Shown: positions 62,741-64,000 of the stretch, one piece after another
How the letters are laid out: the number at the start of each line of letters is the position of its first letter
Numbering within the stretch: the stretch's first letter is position 1
DNA from: Octopus vulgaris
Taxonomy: Eukaryota
Direction: 5' to 3'
Assembly: GCA_951406725.2 (NCBI GenBank)
Contig: OX597821.1
Location: forward strand, 25,420,001 to 25,484,000
Length of the DNA stretch: 64,000 nt
The notes under the pieces: generated by a model
What the model saw: only the letters and a program-made list of their open reading frames with translations
The model's database searches: none
Told to the model about the DNA's origin: nothing
Translations under genes and position numbers: made by a program

Positions 62741-64000
62741 CATGGAATTGTAATGAGTGTGTGTGGGGGGGGTAGAACCCTGTGCACTTGAAAAGTACAT
62801 TCTTTAGCGGTTTCAGTTGAAGACATCTACACAGACCAACCCATAGCCTAGCCTACAACTCTCAAGAAACAACTAACTGTTCAGAGGGGAATCCATACGA
62901 ATCAAACACTACGATCTATAAAGCCAAACCGATTGTGATCCCAAGAAAGTGCATAGGCTGAACAGTCAGTGACTTTGAAATAAGATTTACAAAGCACATG
63001 CATATCTATTGATGCTGGAGAGTTGAAAACTCTACATCCCTATCCTTCTTCATCAGCAGACAGAGGGATCAAGGAAATGACTTTGCCAATATCACGGGGG
63101 GCATCCTTACTCACCTGGAGCTTGTAATTGTTACTGCTGCCTTCATGAAAATCTGCATACACTCCAACAGCCTGCAGTATCCATCAACAGGGAAACTGAC
63201 CTACCAGTTTGTTGCCGTTAAGGAAACACCATGTTAATTAATTAACTTCAAACCGTTGGCCACTAACACCGCAGAAAGACTACCTTAGTGCTATGTGGCC
63301 CATAGACCAAAAACAAAAATTTTTTTTTTAAAAATAAACAACACCTGTGTGCTCATACTGAGGTAGCACTGACCACCAAAATTACCTACCATTGCTAACA
63401 CCAAGCAACAACAGCCGTCAAAACATACCAACAGGTAACTTGGCATAGCCAGACAGTTGACCAAGTAACAACGAACAGTGGCAGGTATATGTTTTCAACT
63501 GCTCTTGAGGACCTATCCACTTTAGATGTGGAAAACTAGCTGGTACAACTTGACTGTCAGTTTTCACACATGGAACAACATATAACATTTGCTATTGCTA
63601 ACCTGACACGTTGAAATACCTAAACAGAACCAACCAATATAGGCACCCATATATTCTCACCTGGAAGCCATCCTTTTCTCTCTTCATCACTGATCTGAAA
63701 GCAACTGACTAAGGCTTATGAATTGAAACTTCAAATAATGAAGGACTGAGTCAACTTTCTAAAACACACACACACACACACACATATTTATTTCACTTCA
63801 ATAACACGTTAGGTGCTTCCCAACCCCTTTCACATGTAAAACATGACACATATGTTCCTAAATGGAACAAATTGGTGAAATTAGATGAGATACAATGATC
63901 AATACACACACAACATAGCATATATACACCTATACACACACATATATAATCACCATTTTAACGTCTGCATTTTCATACTGGGGTCAGGCAGAATTCATTG

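Overview
AT-rich, microsatellite- and SINE-laden eukaryotic DNA; the repeat families and (TA)n/(CA)n density suggest an octopus/coleoid cephalopod (inference). The one protein-coding gene I can support is the 3' part of an SSBP2/3/4 (Ssdp, LDB1/Chip cofactor) orthologue on the minus strand. It has 11 small GT-AG exons between 54918 and 33859 that splice in phase into 771 nt (789 nt with the upstream acceptor of exon D), reading PFMSPRFPGGPR...PNSMDPRP...NYGG...RPWP...YSSASPG...PGTPIMPSP...PGTPRED...ESAAILKIKESMQEEAKRFEKEADHPEYFMP*. I found no exons for the N-terminal LUFS domain, so they probably lie beyond the right edge. The rest is intronic or intergenic: a degenerate 1.23-kb DD36E Tc1/mariner element, several MITEs, tRNA-derived SINEs, CR1/RTE LINE fragments, Penelope-like fragments with hammerhead relics, and long microsatellites that produce nearly all YI/HT-rich ORFs in the ORF track. 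No clearly new biological system is proven. The best leads are candidate cryptic micro/poison exons and tandem splice sites in the SSBP gene, a ~400-bp inverted SINE pair in one intron (possible ADAR substrate), a DD36E (Incomer-type) transposon in a probable mollusc, and a possibly ~14-kb 3' UTR.
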